From contig JBDRTG010000047.1 in assembly GCA_043824255.1 (NCBI GenBank), forward strand, positions 256,001 to 320,000: a DNA stretch of 64,000 nucleotides. Direction: 5' to 3'. The position numbers and the translations under genes are program-made. Shown here piece after piece: positions 18,443-28,426 of the stretch. Source of the stretch: a bacterium (lineage in GTDB: Bacteria > JAHJDO01). How positions within the stretch are numbered: position 1 is the stretch's first letter; the number at the start of each line of letters is the position of its first letter. The notes below the pieces were generated by a model. The model made no database searches. It was not told the origin of the DNA and worked only from the letters and a program-made list of their open reading frames with translations.

Positions 18443-20770
18443 TTATCTAAGATAATAACTGGAAATTATAATATCTGCATTTTTCTCATTAAAATTCTTC
18501 AGGGCATATTCTCTTGCGCAAGAACTCAAAGCTGCTCTTTTTTCTTCATTTTGATAAACCTCATCTATGGAATTCACAATATTCTCTACTGTAGGTTTTA
18601 TCAATATTCCCACTTTTTGAGTTAGTGCCTCCATTATACCACCTCGTTTTGAAGCAATTACAGTCGTGCCACAGGATAAGGCTTCCAGTATAATCCGGCC
18701 ATAGCCTTCTTCATAAATCGACGGCACTATTACAATATCTGCCGCATTGTAATATATATTTAAATCCTTATTATTCACTTTACCTTCAAAGATCAGCCTA
18801 TTATTGCATTCAGCTTCTGTTCTTAACTCATCTTCCAGCGGTCCATCACCAACAATCGAAATATATATATTCTTTTCCAATTTTCTTGAAGCTTCAACCA
18901 ATAGTCTTACTCCCTTTATCTCCAGAAGTCTTCCAACAAACAAAACAATGAATTTCCCTTGCCAATTCAATCTGTTTTTACACTCCATTTTATCCATAGG
19001 CCTAAAAACTTTCTGATTTACCCAATATTTATATACTCTAATCTTGTTCTCCTTAATACCTATGTTAACTAACTCTTTTTTAGACTGTTCAGAAATAGCC
19101 AATATGCAGTCAAATGAGGAAAGAGTATGCTTTATAACTATGCTAAATAAAGAGGGATGCCTGAAATTATATATAGCGTGTGTGCTCATTACTATCTTTT
19201 TTCTAAACAAGATCTTGAAAATTTTAGCAATAAAAGAAGCAAGCATGCCGTGTGAATGAATAACACTGATTTTATTTTTATGCTTCATCATGAAGAAAAA
19301 AGATTTCAGGAAGATTCCAGGAAAGAGATACATCATTACAAGAAAAGGATGTTTCTCTAATTTATGGAATAGATTGTAACCATACCATCTTATCCTGATT
19401 ATCTTGACTGATCCTCTTTTCTCAAAGCTCTTGCCTATTGCCCTGCTCGTTAGAGGCTGGTAGGTTATAACGTATGTTTTTAGACTTCTCTCTGAAAGCA
19501 TATAACATAGATCATCAAGATGTGTCTCCACTCCTCCTATGTTTGGACTAAAAAAAGGACTGATTAACATAATCCTTTTTTTTATTTCTTCATATTCACT
19601 AAAAAGTTTTTGTTTGTAGTTTAAAGAAAGCCTTTCTGTAATCTTTTTAAAATTCAACTTATCTTCAGCATAAACTCTGGAGTTATGAGAAAACTTTTTT
19701 TGCAAATCAGTATCGTCCAAGATTTTTTTTATGGCAGTAGCAAATTCATTTAGCGAATCATGAGAAGTTGCAATTCCACAATTCCCCTCCACAATGACAT
19801 TTTTTATTTCTCCAACCGCATTTGAGACAATAGGTCTTCCGCAAGAAATATAATCTCCAAATCTTATTGGAAATCTGGCTCTCTCTATTATGTTATCCTC
19901 CATTGAGAGAAGCAGGATATCTGCAGAGCCTAAATAAAATGGAACATCTGTTTGCTTAACCTCTCCAACTAATATCAAGTTGTTACATATTCCTTTGTAG
20001 TTATTTATTATTTCTTTTTCGGTATCACCCAGTCCTCCAACCAACATAAGTTTGATGCTTTTATCATATGTAAGCACGAGTTTAAATGCCTCCATTAAGA
20101 ATTCCATTGTGTTCCCCATGTAGGTATGTCCCATAGACAAGAGAATCTTTGCGTTTCTGTCTGCACCTATTTTTTTGCGCGCTAAATACTTATCAATCGG
20201 CTTTATTTCTTCCAGATTAGCCCCATTCGGAATTTTCACAACCTTTCTAGCGTCAATACCAATTTTATAAGCCCCTCTCTCAAGAAAAGAACTTACTACG
20301 GTTACCATATCAGCAAGTTTGGGAATATTTCTTTCAAAATAGTCTAATATATAATTGACAATGGCTGGGTGATAACCTCCAAAACCTCCAGCCCATGCAT
20401 CGTCCCAGTCAACAACGATTTTTTTATACGGTTTGAATATTTTTGCAAATACTGTTGGAATGGCAGTTGTAGGCTGAGCAATAGCAAAGGAATGGAGAAT
20501 ATCATATCTGGAATAGAGGACAATAAAACAGTTAATTATGGCTCTTAATAGATGTCCTGTATGATATTGATGAAATTTCACCCGTGGAAGAGTAATTATA
20601 GTAAAGTTTTTTTCGATATGTTTTTTTCGTATAAAAAAATCTATGTTCTTTTTGCTTGCGCAAACAAGAGTTACTTTATGCCCCATTCTTGCAAGATTTT
20701 TGCCAAGGTAAAAACATCTAAAGTATGTCCCGAAATTCTCAAAGTTATGATTTAAAAATAGAATATTCAT
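18443..20770 (-). CDS. Tandem GT4-GT4 glycosyltransferase fusion (775 aa; start MNILFLNH at 20770)
   Basis: Two GT-B halves: RFPIRFGDYISCGRP, then GGVETH...FVGRLLEIKG...EEGYGRIILEALSCG; ATGA overlap with the upstream stop supports the shorter start. Confidence 0.85.
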   Translation of the reverse strand: MNILFLNHNFENFGTYFRCFYLGKNLARMGHKVTLVCASKKNIDFFIRKKHIEKNFTIITLPRVKFHQYHTGHLLRAIINCFIVLYSRYDILHSFAIAQPTTAIPTVFAKIFKPYKKIVVDWDDAWAGGFGGYHPAIVNYILDYFERNIPKLADMVTVVSSFLERGAYKIGIDARKVVKIPNGANLEEIKPIDKYLARKKIGADRNAKILLSMGHTYMGNTMEFLMEAFKLVLTYDKSIKLMLVGGLGDTEKEIINNYKGICNNLILVGEVKQTDVPFYLGSADILLLSMEDNIIERARFPIRFGDYISCGRPIVSNAVGEIKNVIVEGNCGIATSHDSLNEFATAIKKILDDTDLQKKFSHNSRVYAEDKLNFKKITERLSLNYKQKLFSEYEEIKKRIMLISPFFSPNIGGVETHLDDLCYMLSERSLKTYVITYQPLTSRAIGKSFEKRGSVKIIRIRWYGYNLFHKLEKHPFLVMMYLFPGIFLKSFFFMMKHKNKISVIHSHGMLASFIAKIFKILFRKKIVMSTHAIYNFRHPSLFSIVIKHTLSSFDCILAISEQSKKELVNIGIKENKIRVYKYWVNQKVFRPMDKMECKNRLNWQGKFIVLFVGRLLEIKGVRLLVEASRKLEKNIYISIVGDGPLEDELRTEAECNNRLIFEGKVNNKDLNIYYNAADIVIVPSIYEEGYGRIILEALSCGTTVIASKRGGIMEALTQKVGILIKPTVENIVNSIDEVYQNEEKRAALSSCAREYALKNFNEKNADIIISSYYLR

Positions 20771-22290
20771 GTTTTTACTAAGAGTCCCAATCCCTTCTTT
20801 GTCCTGTCTAAAAAAGCACCCATTCCCTGGCCTTTTAAAACTCTCAGCATATTGCGTATTTGCCTGATATCCCACTTGATATCTTTGTATTTTTCTCTCA
20901 ACCATTCACCTCTTGCCTTATCGCAAAATTCCGAGACGATATTGTTTGGCAGATTTTTATTGTTTACAACGAAACTATTTGCTCCATCAAAGTCAGACCA
21001 GTGTTTATAGGATAAAAGATTGCTTTTCTCCATCTCGTCAAAATACTTAGTACCTGGAAATGGGGTTGTAATGCTAAACTGAACTGTGTCAACATCCAGC
21101 TGTTTTGAAAATTGCATTGTTTCAAGCATTGTTTCCCGTGTTTCTCCAAGAAGTCCAAAGGAGAATGTTGCGTGAGTCTTTATGCCCAGAGCTGCGCATA
21201 ATTCTGCAGTCTTTCTTACCCTTTTAAAATCTATCGGTTTGTTTATATTCTTAAGTATGCTCTTATTTCCGCTTTCCACACCAAATTTCATACCTATACA
21301 TCCACTGGCAGCCATTTTCTTTAACATATCTTCATCTGTTACCATTGCATCTCCCATGCAAGACCAGCGAATTTTAATACCTCTTTTCATTATTTCTTCA
21401 CAGATACCTAGAACATGTTCCTTATTGATAGTAAATGAGTCATCATCAAAGTATATTTCTTTTGGATGAAATTTTTTTATTACATATTCCATTTCATCAA
21501 CAACACGTTTTGGACTGAACATGCGATATTTCCCGCTGTCATACATTACCTGGTTCCATAGACAAAAATTGCATTTGAACGGACATCCTCTGCTTGAATG
21601 CATTTGAACAGTTGGGCGATACTGGCAAAATCCATCCCAGTAAGCATTCTGAAAAACAGGATAAGAAGAATGCAGATTGACATTTGGAGAAACAGGAAAC
21701 AGATGATAAGCTGGATATGGAAGCTGGTCAAGCGGGTCAATAGAGTTACCTCTTCCTCCATTTATTATTTCGCCTTTATTTCTATAAACAAGTCCTGAGA
21801 TAGGTGACGTAGTACCAAGATTTTCGATCAAATTAAGAAGGCTTAATTCATATTCTCCGAGAAGTATAAAATCAACCTCAGCAGAGGCATTCATAACTTC
21901 TTCTGGGAAAACAGTTACGTGAGAACCCGCAAGTATAATAATCGCGCCAGTATCTTTTTTTAATTCCTTAACCAATTTTAGATCATAATCTATGGTCGGA
22001 GTTGAGGTTTCAAAAAATATACAGTCAGGAGAACAATTAAAAACAAGTTTTCTGAACTCCTGAACATCAAGATTTAATGGTATTGCATCTATAACAAATA
22101 CATCGTGATTATTCTTTTCTAATAATGCAGCGCAATATGCGAGGTAGAAAGGGAATGGAACATATTCCGGCTTATCGTTCTTCTTTTTTAAGGTAGAAAA
22201 CGGCCACCTGCTTCCTGCGCGAACAAAATATCTTTCGTTTTCTTCAGGTAAGTCTATACGACATGGAGGATTGGCAAGTAAAATTTTCAT
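20767..22290 (-). CDS. B12-binding domain radical SAM protein (HpnJ-like N-terminus)
   Basis: MKILLANPP...RAGSRWP, SSRGCPFKCNFC, DDDSFT, FGVESG, PFPGT. Confidence 0.9.
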   Translation of the reverse strand: MKILLANPPCRIDLPEENERYFVRAGSRWPFSTLKKKNDKPEYVPFPFYLAYCAALLEKNNHDVFVIDAIPLNLDVQEFRKLVFNCSPDCIFFETSTPTIDYDLKLVKELKKDTGAIIILAGSHVTVFPEEVMNASAEVDFILLGEYELSLLNLIENLGTTSPISGLVYRNKGEIINGGRGNSIDPLDQLPYPAYHLFPVSPNVNLHSSYPVFQNAYWDGFCQYRPTVQMHSSRGCPFKCNFCLWNQVMYDSGKYRMFSPKRVVDEMEYVIKKFHPKEIYFDDDSFTINKEHVLGICEEIMKRGIKIRWSCMGDAMVTDEDMLKKMAASGCIGMKFGVESGNKSILKNINKPIDFKRVRKTAELCAALGIKTHATFSFGLLGETRETMLETMQFSKQLDVDTVQFSITTPFPGTKYFDEMEKSNLLSYKHWSDFDGANSFVVNNKNLPNNIVSEFCDKARGEWLREKYKDIKWDIRQIRNMLRVLKGQGMGAFLDRTKKGLGLLVKT

Positions 22291-22427
22291 ATTTTTTTAC
22301 TCAAATACCTCATTCCCAATGCAATCCTTAACACATACATTCCAAAGCTGAGCAAGGGATGGGACAAAAGCCTGAACATTTTTCCATTTTCAACAAACAC
22401 TCCAAAAAATCTATACCAAAATCCCAA
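22287..22427 (-). pseudogene. Orphan 3' end of a GT2 gene homologous to 23853..24713
   Basis: LGFWYRFFGVFVENGKMFRLLSHPLLSFGMYVLRIALGMRYLSKKI*; 22381-22428 matches 23998-24045 at 45/48 nt; its stop overlaps the next ATG. Confidence 0.85.
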
Positions 22428-22443
22428 TCCTCATGACCTGATC

Positions 22444-23832
22444 TCACTCCGAATAGGCTAAATCTATCAGTCCAAAAAGATAAATAGGAATAATTAAAAT
22501 ATCATCTTTCATTTCCAGAGTATTCTTAGAGACAACTATTTTCCTTTTGCCATATTTTAAGCCCTGCATATCTTCTTTTGTAATTCTGTCTTTGTATTTT
22601 ACCTCAATCGCCAGTTCCCCATTAGGAATCCAGAAGTCAATCTCTTTTTTATCCTTAAAATAATAGAACTCTAATCCTTGTTTGTAGAGCTCGCCGGCAA
22701 TAAACGCCTCAGCTATCCGACTATCAAGTGATGGCTGAAGATATTTTTGGTAAAAGCCATTAATTTCATTAGCTCCGGAGATAAAACTGTTAAATATCCA
22801 GAATAAAAAAGTATCAGTAGGATAGTATTTCTTGTTCTTTTTAAGAATTACCCTTTTTTGAGGAATATTGTAAAAAAGTGTTTCTACTAAAAAGAAAGAA
22901 TCTGAAAAGAATCTTAAATATTCGGATGCTGTATTTTTGGAACCTAATTCTGCCTCTTCGGCTACATTAGCATAAGAGGTCTCTGATCCTAGAGAAGCGA
23001 TTATTTTAGCTAATATTAACCGAGCGTGAATTTCTTTTTTCCCATATTTTGCCAATTCGCTTCTCAGGGTATTTTTGTAAAGCTCTACCGCATCAAAATA
23101 AGGTTCTTTTTTAACAGTCAGATCTAATATCTTTAAAAAGCCTCCGGTTAAAAGAAACCGCTGATAATCCTTTTTGAGATTTATCTTTTTAATTGATAAT
23201 TTTCTTATCATTTGTTTTAAATCACTAAAAGAACGAAGACGTGATGTTAATTTTAACTGAGGGTAAAAAAGATTAAAATAATCAAAGAAGTTGATCGGTA
23301 AAAACATTACATCTTTGCCTTTGCCCCTTCTCCCCGGAAGAAATTCTCCACTCTTTTTTAAGCTTATACTGCTTGAGCCGGTCAGAATTATTTTTGAATT
23401 ATTAAAAAAATTGTTGTCAGCAAGCCATTTTATGGCGTATGGCCAGTCATTTACCGAAGAAATTTCATCTAAAAATAAATAATTTGGCGAATTTTCTCCG
23501 GATTCAGACTGAAGTCCCTCTAAGAAACTTGAAACCAAATCTATAATATCCCTGCGAGAATCAAGGCAATCGCAATTAAAATAAAGAATGTTTACAGATG
23601 GAACTCTTTTTAGAAGCTTTCTGATCAAAAGTTTGATGGCCGTGCTTTTACCTGTCTGACGAGGGCCGTAAACAATATTAACCGCTCCATTCTCAAGTGG
23701 CAAATTTAATATATTCTGCGGCAGATACTTTACGCTTGAAGCCTCAAACTCTTTAATCTTGGCATCCGCTTCTATTTCTTCTTTCTTAAACCACCATGGA
23801 TTTTGGATAGTAAGAAAATCATAGTTAATCAT
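22444..23832 (-). CDS. AAA+ ATP-binding protein (AAA_14/DUF4143 type)
   Basis: QNPWW, GPRQTGKST, LFLDEI, TGSS, GR, TGGF, KxY, EIDF...IEVK nuclease-like tail. Confidence 0.88.
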   Translation of the reverse strand: MINYDFLTIQNPWWFKKEEIEADAKIKEFEASSVKYLPQNILNLPLENGAVNIVYGPRQTGKSTAIKLLIRKLLKRVPSVNILYFNCDCLDSRRDIIDLVSSFLEGLQSESGENSPNYLFLDEISSVNDWPYAIKWLADNNFFNNSKIILTGSSSISLKKSGEFLPGRRGKGKDVMFLPINFFDYFNLFYPQLKLTSRLRSFSDLKQMIRKLSIKKINLKKDYQRFLLTGGFLKILDLTVKKEPYFDAVELYKNTLRSELAKYGKKEIHARLILAKIIASLGSETSYANVAEEAELGSKNTASEYLRFFSDSFFLVETLFYNIPQKRVILKKNKKYYPTDTFLFWIFNSFISGANEINGFYQKYLQPSLDSRIAEAFIAGELYKQGLEFYYFKDKKEIDFWIPNGELAIEVKYKDRITKEDMQGLKYGKRKIVVSKNTLEMKDDILIIPIYLFGLIDLAYSE

Positions 23833-23839
23833 AATGACT

Positions 23840-23867
23840 ATTATGCCCTAATTTAAGTCAATGTCAA
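23840..23867 (-). promoter_or_regulatory. Sigma70-like promoter for the AAA ATPase, probably leaderless
   Basis: TTGACA-16nt-CATAAT, 7 nt before ATG 23832, no SD; TGACT...AGTCA inverted repeat spans it. Confidence 0.55.
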
Positions 23868-24713
23868 TAACTTTAAGTAAAAAACTTGAACTTTATCTTT
23901 GCTGCAAAATTTAGCCAACAAATACCTTATCCCTACTAATATTCTCAATCCATACATTCCACCACTTAGCATTGGATATCTCAGCAATCTCCTCCACTTT
24001 CCATTCTCTACAAACACTCCAAAAAATCTATACCAAAAACCCAATTGCTTTCTTATTATCTTATCATTCTTTCCCCATTTGTTAATATATTCATTAACTG
24101 TCTTAGCATAATAAGATTTTTTATTTGTATATCTTTTGAGATTAAACAGCCCTTCGTTGTGATATATTGGAGTATTTACTATATCTATCGTGCCAACTTT
24201 TTTGATCCTTCTATCAAAATCCCAATCTTCGGGACCAGTTAAACTCTCATCAAATCCACCAATCTCCATGAATTTATCTCTGCGGACAAATCGAACGCAA
24301 TCTATTACTGTTGCATTATAAAAACTTCTTTCAAAGTCTCTCACCTTCACCCAAAATCCTTTACCGATTATTTTCTCCGGAATATACAAGGCAACATACC
24401 CATCTTTTTCGCATTTTTCTACACATTCAGATATGAGATTTTCGGATAGTATCATATCTGCATCCAAATACAGAATATATTTCCCCTTTGCTTTCTCAAT
24501 TCCAAAGTTTCTTTGGGCAGAGCGCTCAGGACCGAAATTATAAACCCTCTCTGTATACTCATAGGCAATTTCTTTTGTTCTGTCTGTTGAGTTATTGTCC
24601 ACTACGATTATTTCAATTTTGTCCTGAGGATAAGTCACATTTCTAATTGACCTCAAACAATTCTTTATGTTTTTCTCTTCGTTTTTAGTTGTGATAATTA
24701 CTGAAACATCCAT
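23853..24713 (-). CDS. Glycosyltransferase family 2
   Basis: VSVIITTKNEE, VDNNSTD, QRNFG, LDAD, GPEDWD. Confidence 0.92.
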   Translation of the reverse strand: MDVSVIITTKNEEKNIKNCLRSIRNVTYPQDKIEIIVVDNNSTDRTKEIAYEYTERVYNFGPERSAQRNFGIEKAKGKYILYLDADMILSENLISECVEKCEKDGYVALYIPEKIIGKGFWVKVRDFERSFYNATVIDCVRFVRRDKFMEIGGFDESLTGPEDWDFDRRIKKVGTIDIVNTPIYHNEGLFNLKRYTNKKSYYAKTVNEYINKWGKNDKIIRKQLGFWYRFFGVFVENGKWRRLLRYPMLSGGMYGLRILVGIRYLLAKFCSKDKVQVFYLKLLTLT

Positions 24714-24743
24714 TAAATATGTCTGTCCTTATTTTTTTCTTTT

Positions 24744-26222
24744 TCATTTTTTAAAATCCGTTAAATGCCCAAGAACTGATTTTACTGCGCGCAGTATAAA
24801 AATTATATCATCAAAGTCCCTTATGGAAGTTATAGTTCTGAATATAAACCCGGGGGTTATGAAGGACTTGTAAAGTCCCTGTGTAAATTGCTTTACATCA
24901 GCATCTGTGAGAGGTGTTTTCATTACAGGTTCCTGCATGTCATATCTGTTCCAATCCAGAGTTCTCAACTGATTGCCTTTTTTGCATTCGTCAAAAAGAG
25001 GCGTTCCCGGATATGGTATTACTATTGTAGCTTGCAGTGTATTCACATAGCCCTTGCGAAAAAGCTCCTTTGCAAGCTGGATTGTCTTTAACGCATCTTC
25101 CCTGGTTTCCCATGGATATCCTATCATTGTTGTAAGATGCGGATGCAGGCCTGCTTTCTTAGCCATTCTTGCGCCTTCTGTTATTGCAGAAACCTTGAGG
25201 TTTTTATGTATCCTATCAAGTGTTTCCTGTCTTGCAGATTCAAGTCCGTAGAGTATAAACCTGAAACCAGCTTTTGCCATTAAATCATAATCCTTCTGTT
25301 TTAACGCGCCGAATCTCATATTACAGTTAAATCTTATTTTTTTATTATATCCTTTCTTTATCATTCCATCGCAAAACTCCGTCAGCCATTCTCCAACAGG
25401 GAATGTCCCTGTATCATCCATAATCTCTTTTATGTGATATTTATCAATCAATATTCCTATCTCATCCAGAACATGTTCCGGCTTTCTGGTTCTAAAATTC
25501 GGATAGAGCGTGGTCCATGAACAAAACTTACACTTCCCCCACCAGCAGTCTCTTCCTGCCATTATGTAAGTGCCGGGTGTCCGCTTATAATTGCCGTTCT
25601 TATAAGCATATAACTTCCACTTTGTTAAATCTCTGTCAATAAAGGGAATGGTATTTAGATCATGGTCAAGCTTGAATTTTCCTGTGTTTTTTATTTCTCC
25701 GTTTTCTCTATACCATATACCCGGTTCTAATTGAATTTTGAATTTTGAATTTTGAATTTTGAATTTTTTTAGTGCACGACATAGGTTAAGGAGAAGGAAA
25801 TCATAGTCTCCACCGGTCAGGATAAAATCAACATTGCAGTTTTTCATGCTTTCTTCTGGTAATGCAGTCACATGATCGCCTACAAGGGCAATTTTGAGTT
25901 TTAAATTTTGAATTTTTAATTCGTTGATGATTTTCCAGTGCTGTTTGACTACCGGCGTTTTTGTTTCCATCATTATCAAATCAGGATTTTCTTCAGCAAC
26001 AAAATTTAGAAATTCTTTATACGTCTTCTTCTCGGCTATTCCGTCATACCAGATCACCTCATATCCAGCATTCTTGAGCAGGGTTGCAGCGCAGGCAGGA
26101 ACAACGGGATAAATGTAGGTAGGACTGTGAAACCATTGAAACTGTCTGTTCTGGGAAAGAAGAGGGATCAGTTTCTTGTTTCCTTTGCAGCTAAGCGGCG
26201 GATACGCGATGACTATTTTCAT
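24744..26222 (-). CDS. B12-binding domain radical SAM protein
   Basis: AGRDCWWGKCKFC, DDTGT, YGLES, PYPGT; KIQNSKFKIQ low-complexity insert. Confidence 0.88.
   Translation of the reverse strand: MKIVIAYPPLSCKGNKKLIPLLSQNRQFQWFHSPTYIYPVVPACAATLLKNAGYEVIWYDGIAEKKTYKEFLNFVAEENPDLIMMETKTPVVKQHWKIINELKIQNLKLKIALVGDHVTALPEESMKNCNVDFILTGGDYDFLLLNLCRALKKFKIQNSKFKIQLEPGIWYRENGEIKNTGKFKLDHDLNTIPFIDRDLTKWKLYAYKNGNYKRTPGTYIMAGRDCWWGKCKFCSWTTLYPNFRTRKPEHVLDEIGILIDKYHIKEIMDDTGTFPVGEWLTEFCDGMIKKGYNKKIRFNCNMRFGALKQKDYDLMAKAGFRFILYGLESARQETLDRIHKNLKVSAITEGARMAKKAGLHPHLTTMIGYPWETREDALKTIQLAKELFRKGYVNTLQATIVIPYPGTPLFDECKKGNQLRTLDWNRYDMQEPVMKTPLTDADVKQFTQGLYKSFITPGFIFRTITSIRDFDDIIFILRAVKSVLGHLTDFKK
25733..25767. 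repeat. Perfect heptamer tandem repeat (GAATTTT)x5 inside a CDS
   Basis: Read directly; degenerate second tract at about 25890-25922. Confidence 0.95.
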
Positions 26223-27187
26223 TCTTCTTCCAGCCTTCTGGAAAGTAATCCTTTTATAAAAAAGATCCCGTAGGCAAAATGCGTAGAGATAATTCCCGGA
26301 AATACTAAAAGATTTCCGGACTTTACTGTTTCAAATGCTACTGAAATCAGATATATGCCAAGTATAATAAAGTACACAGATCTAAAGAAAACACAAAGTC
26401 CTGTAAAGAATGCTCCTGTTACTATTCCAGCAACAAGCAATGAAGGAACAAAATAGGAAAACTTTTTAGATGTCTGAGGAAATCTCTTAACAAAATAGCC
26501 CCTGTGTTTAGCATAACTGGTAACCTGTTTGAGATGTTCTTTAAACAAACGTCTTCTATGATGATACACCAGGGCATTGGGTTCGTATATTATTTTCTTT
26601 CCTAATTTTTTTGTTATCTCCAGACATAAAACGGTATCCTCTCCAGGCCAGAAATTGGTATTGAATCCTCCTGATTGTTCAAAGATATTTTTTCTTACAA
26701 TCAAATTACATGACGGAAAGTCTTCGACTTCTTTTCTTGTTCTTTTGATATATCTATAACTATATTCTCCACTAACAAGTTTTGATGAATATACCAATCC
26801 GCTGGCTTTTTGCATAACATCGTCCTTATCAGGAGTTATAGCAGGTCCACCAACAGCCGCTACTTCCGGGTCAATGAAATTCCGAACTGCATTTTTTAAC
26901 CAATTTTTTGCCGGATAAACATCATCATCTATGAATGCAACAATTTCTCCTTTAGCTTTTTTAACTCCCATATTTCTCTTCATTGCAGGGCCTGTCTCGC
27001 CTGTAGGAATAACGGAGACATCTTTGTAATTCAGGCTCACTTCTTTATCCGGCAGAAATATAATCTCAAATTCCGGATAGTCAAGCGCAAGACAACTCCC
27101 TATACATTCTGCCAGATATTCAGAGACATCTTTTGCAATTACTATTATTGAGACAAAAGGGTATTTTGAATCAGCTCTTTCTTTCAT
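26219..27187 (-). CDS. Glycosyltransferase family 2 with C-terminal TM segments
   Basis: VSIIV, KRNMG, FIDDD, GGP, PGED, HHRR. Confidence 0.9.
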   Translation of the reverse strand: MKERADSKYPFVSIIVIAKDVSEYLAECIGSCLALDYPEFEIIFLPDKEVSLNYKDVSVIPTGETGPAMKRNMGVKKAKGEIVAFIDDDVYPAKNWLKNAVRNFIDPEVAAVGGPAITPDKDDVMQKASGLVYSSKLVSGEYSYRYIKRTRKEVEDFPSCNLIVRKNIFEQSGGFNTNFWPGEDTVLCLEITKKLGKKIIYEPNALVYHHRRRLFKEHLKQVTSYAKHRGYFVKRFPQTSKKFSYFVPSLLVAGIVTGAFFTGLCVFFRSVYFIILGIYLISVAFETVKSGNLLVFPGIISTHFAYGIFFIKGLLSRRLEEE

Positions 27188-28415
27188 GAAAAATCAATCC
27201 GAAATTTATCAATACAAGCAGTGTCCCGCAGATTAAAAGTACATATATAACCTGTTCCAGTGATTTGTGAAACATACATATTAACCCGACTTGCACTATT
27301 GTCATAATTACAAGCGCAATAACAAAACTAATCTTATGTCTTGCAATATGAAAGCCGTTGATTATTCCTATAAGCGCGTATGGAAGCATAGCAAGCCCAA
27401 AAATCCATAAGAGATTTACATTACCGGTATATCTGCCGCGTGAAATCAATCTCAATAGAAAATCAGGGAATAGAAAGAAGATAAATATGCCTATCGAGCA
27501 TACGAGAAGTGCGAATAGAAGAACCTTTTTTAAAATTGGAAGAGTATTCTTATTGATTGTATGCGCTTCAGCCACCATTGGGAACATGACCACTACTATT
27601 GCTCCGGGCAGATACAGGATGCTTTTTCCAAGCACGGATATTGCCGCATATTGGCCTGCGATATCCGCAGAGAAATAGTGCTTCACAAGTGTCATGTCAA
27701 TCATTGTTAATACTGCGTAAAATGAAATCGACATAGCCACTGGGAGACAAAAAAGAAGCATTTCTTTCTTGTATTTTTTTACTGATTCAATTTTTACTTT
27801 TATAATATCCTTTATCACTTTACCAAGTATCAAAATCACTGTTACGCTAGCTACTACAGAAGCAAGAATTGCTCCATTCAATCCGAACCCCAGCCATACA
27901 AGCAGAGCTCCGCTTCCAATCCTTGAAAAAGGGCCTAAAATTTGACTTAAAGCAATATAATTAAATCTCTGCATTCCTGTCGCTACGGCTAAAAATAAAC
28001 TTAAAATACAGGAAATGGAAAACGAGAAACTAACTATTATTATAGGAGATACATGCTCTAACTTGTAGTAATCCATAATCTGGAATCTGGCTGCAAAAAT
28101 TAAAATAGAAACAATAATTCCTGCTGGAACAATATACTTGAAAGATTTAAGAATAATCCCCTTTATCTTCCCAAATTCGTTTTTACCTTTGAATCCTGCG
28201 ATATACTTTGTGATAACTAAGCTTATAGTTCCTGTTCCTATTGAAATTATTACTCCAAATGAGAACAGTGCGTTCATAGCCCCAAAATCAGCGACAGAGA
28301 GATTTCTTCCCATAAAGAATTGGAAAAGATATTGAAAGAAGTTGCCTGCCATTGCAGCAACAAAAAGCAATGCACTGTTTTTATACAGAGAATCTTTTTT
28401 AATGAATGCTAACAT
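27171..28415 (-). CDS. wzx: Oligosaccharide flippase (Wzx/MOP family)
   Basis: About 12 hydrophobic segments, RNLSVADFG, IDMTLVKHYF...AGQYAA, FP motif; glycan context. Confidence 0.8.
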   Translation of the reverse strand: MLAFIKKDSLYKNSALLFVAAMAGNFFQYLFQFFMGRNLSVADFGAMNALFSFGVIISIGTGTISLVITKYIAGFKGKNEFGKIKGIILKSFKYIVPAGIIVSILIFAARFQIMDYYKLEHVSPIIIVSFSFSISCILSLFLAVATGMQRFNYIALSQILGPFSRIGSGALLVWLGFGLNGAILASVVASVTVILILGKVIKDIIKVKIESVKKYKKEMLLFCLPVAMSISFYAVLTMIDMTLVKHYFSADIAGQYAAISVLGKSILYLPGAIVVVMFPMVAEAHTINKNTLPILKKVLLFALLVCSIGIFIFFLFPDFLLRLISRGRYTGNVNLLWIFGLAMLPYALIGIINGFHIARHKISFVIALVIMTIVQVGLICMFHKSLEQVIYVLLICGTLLVLINFGLIFHERKS

Positions 28416-28426
28416 AAATACACCAC

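Noticed and set aside
20771..20905. N-terminal extension of the GT4 fusion in the ORF track
   Set aside because: Overlaps the upstream gene; ATGA coupling at 20770 is the better start.
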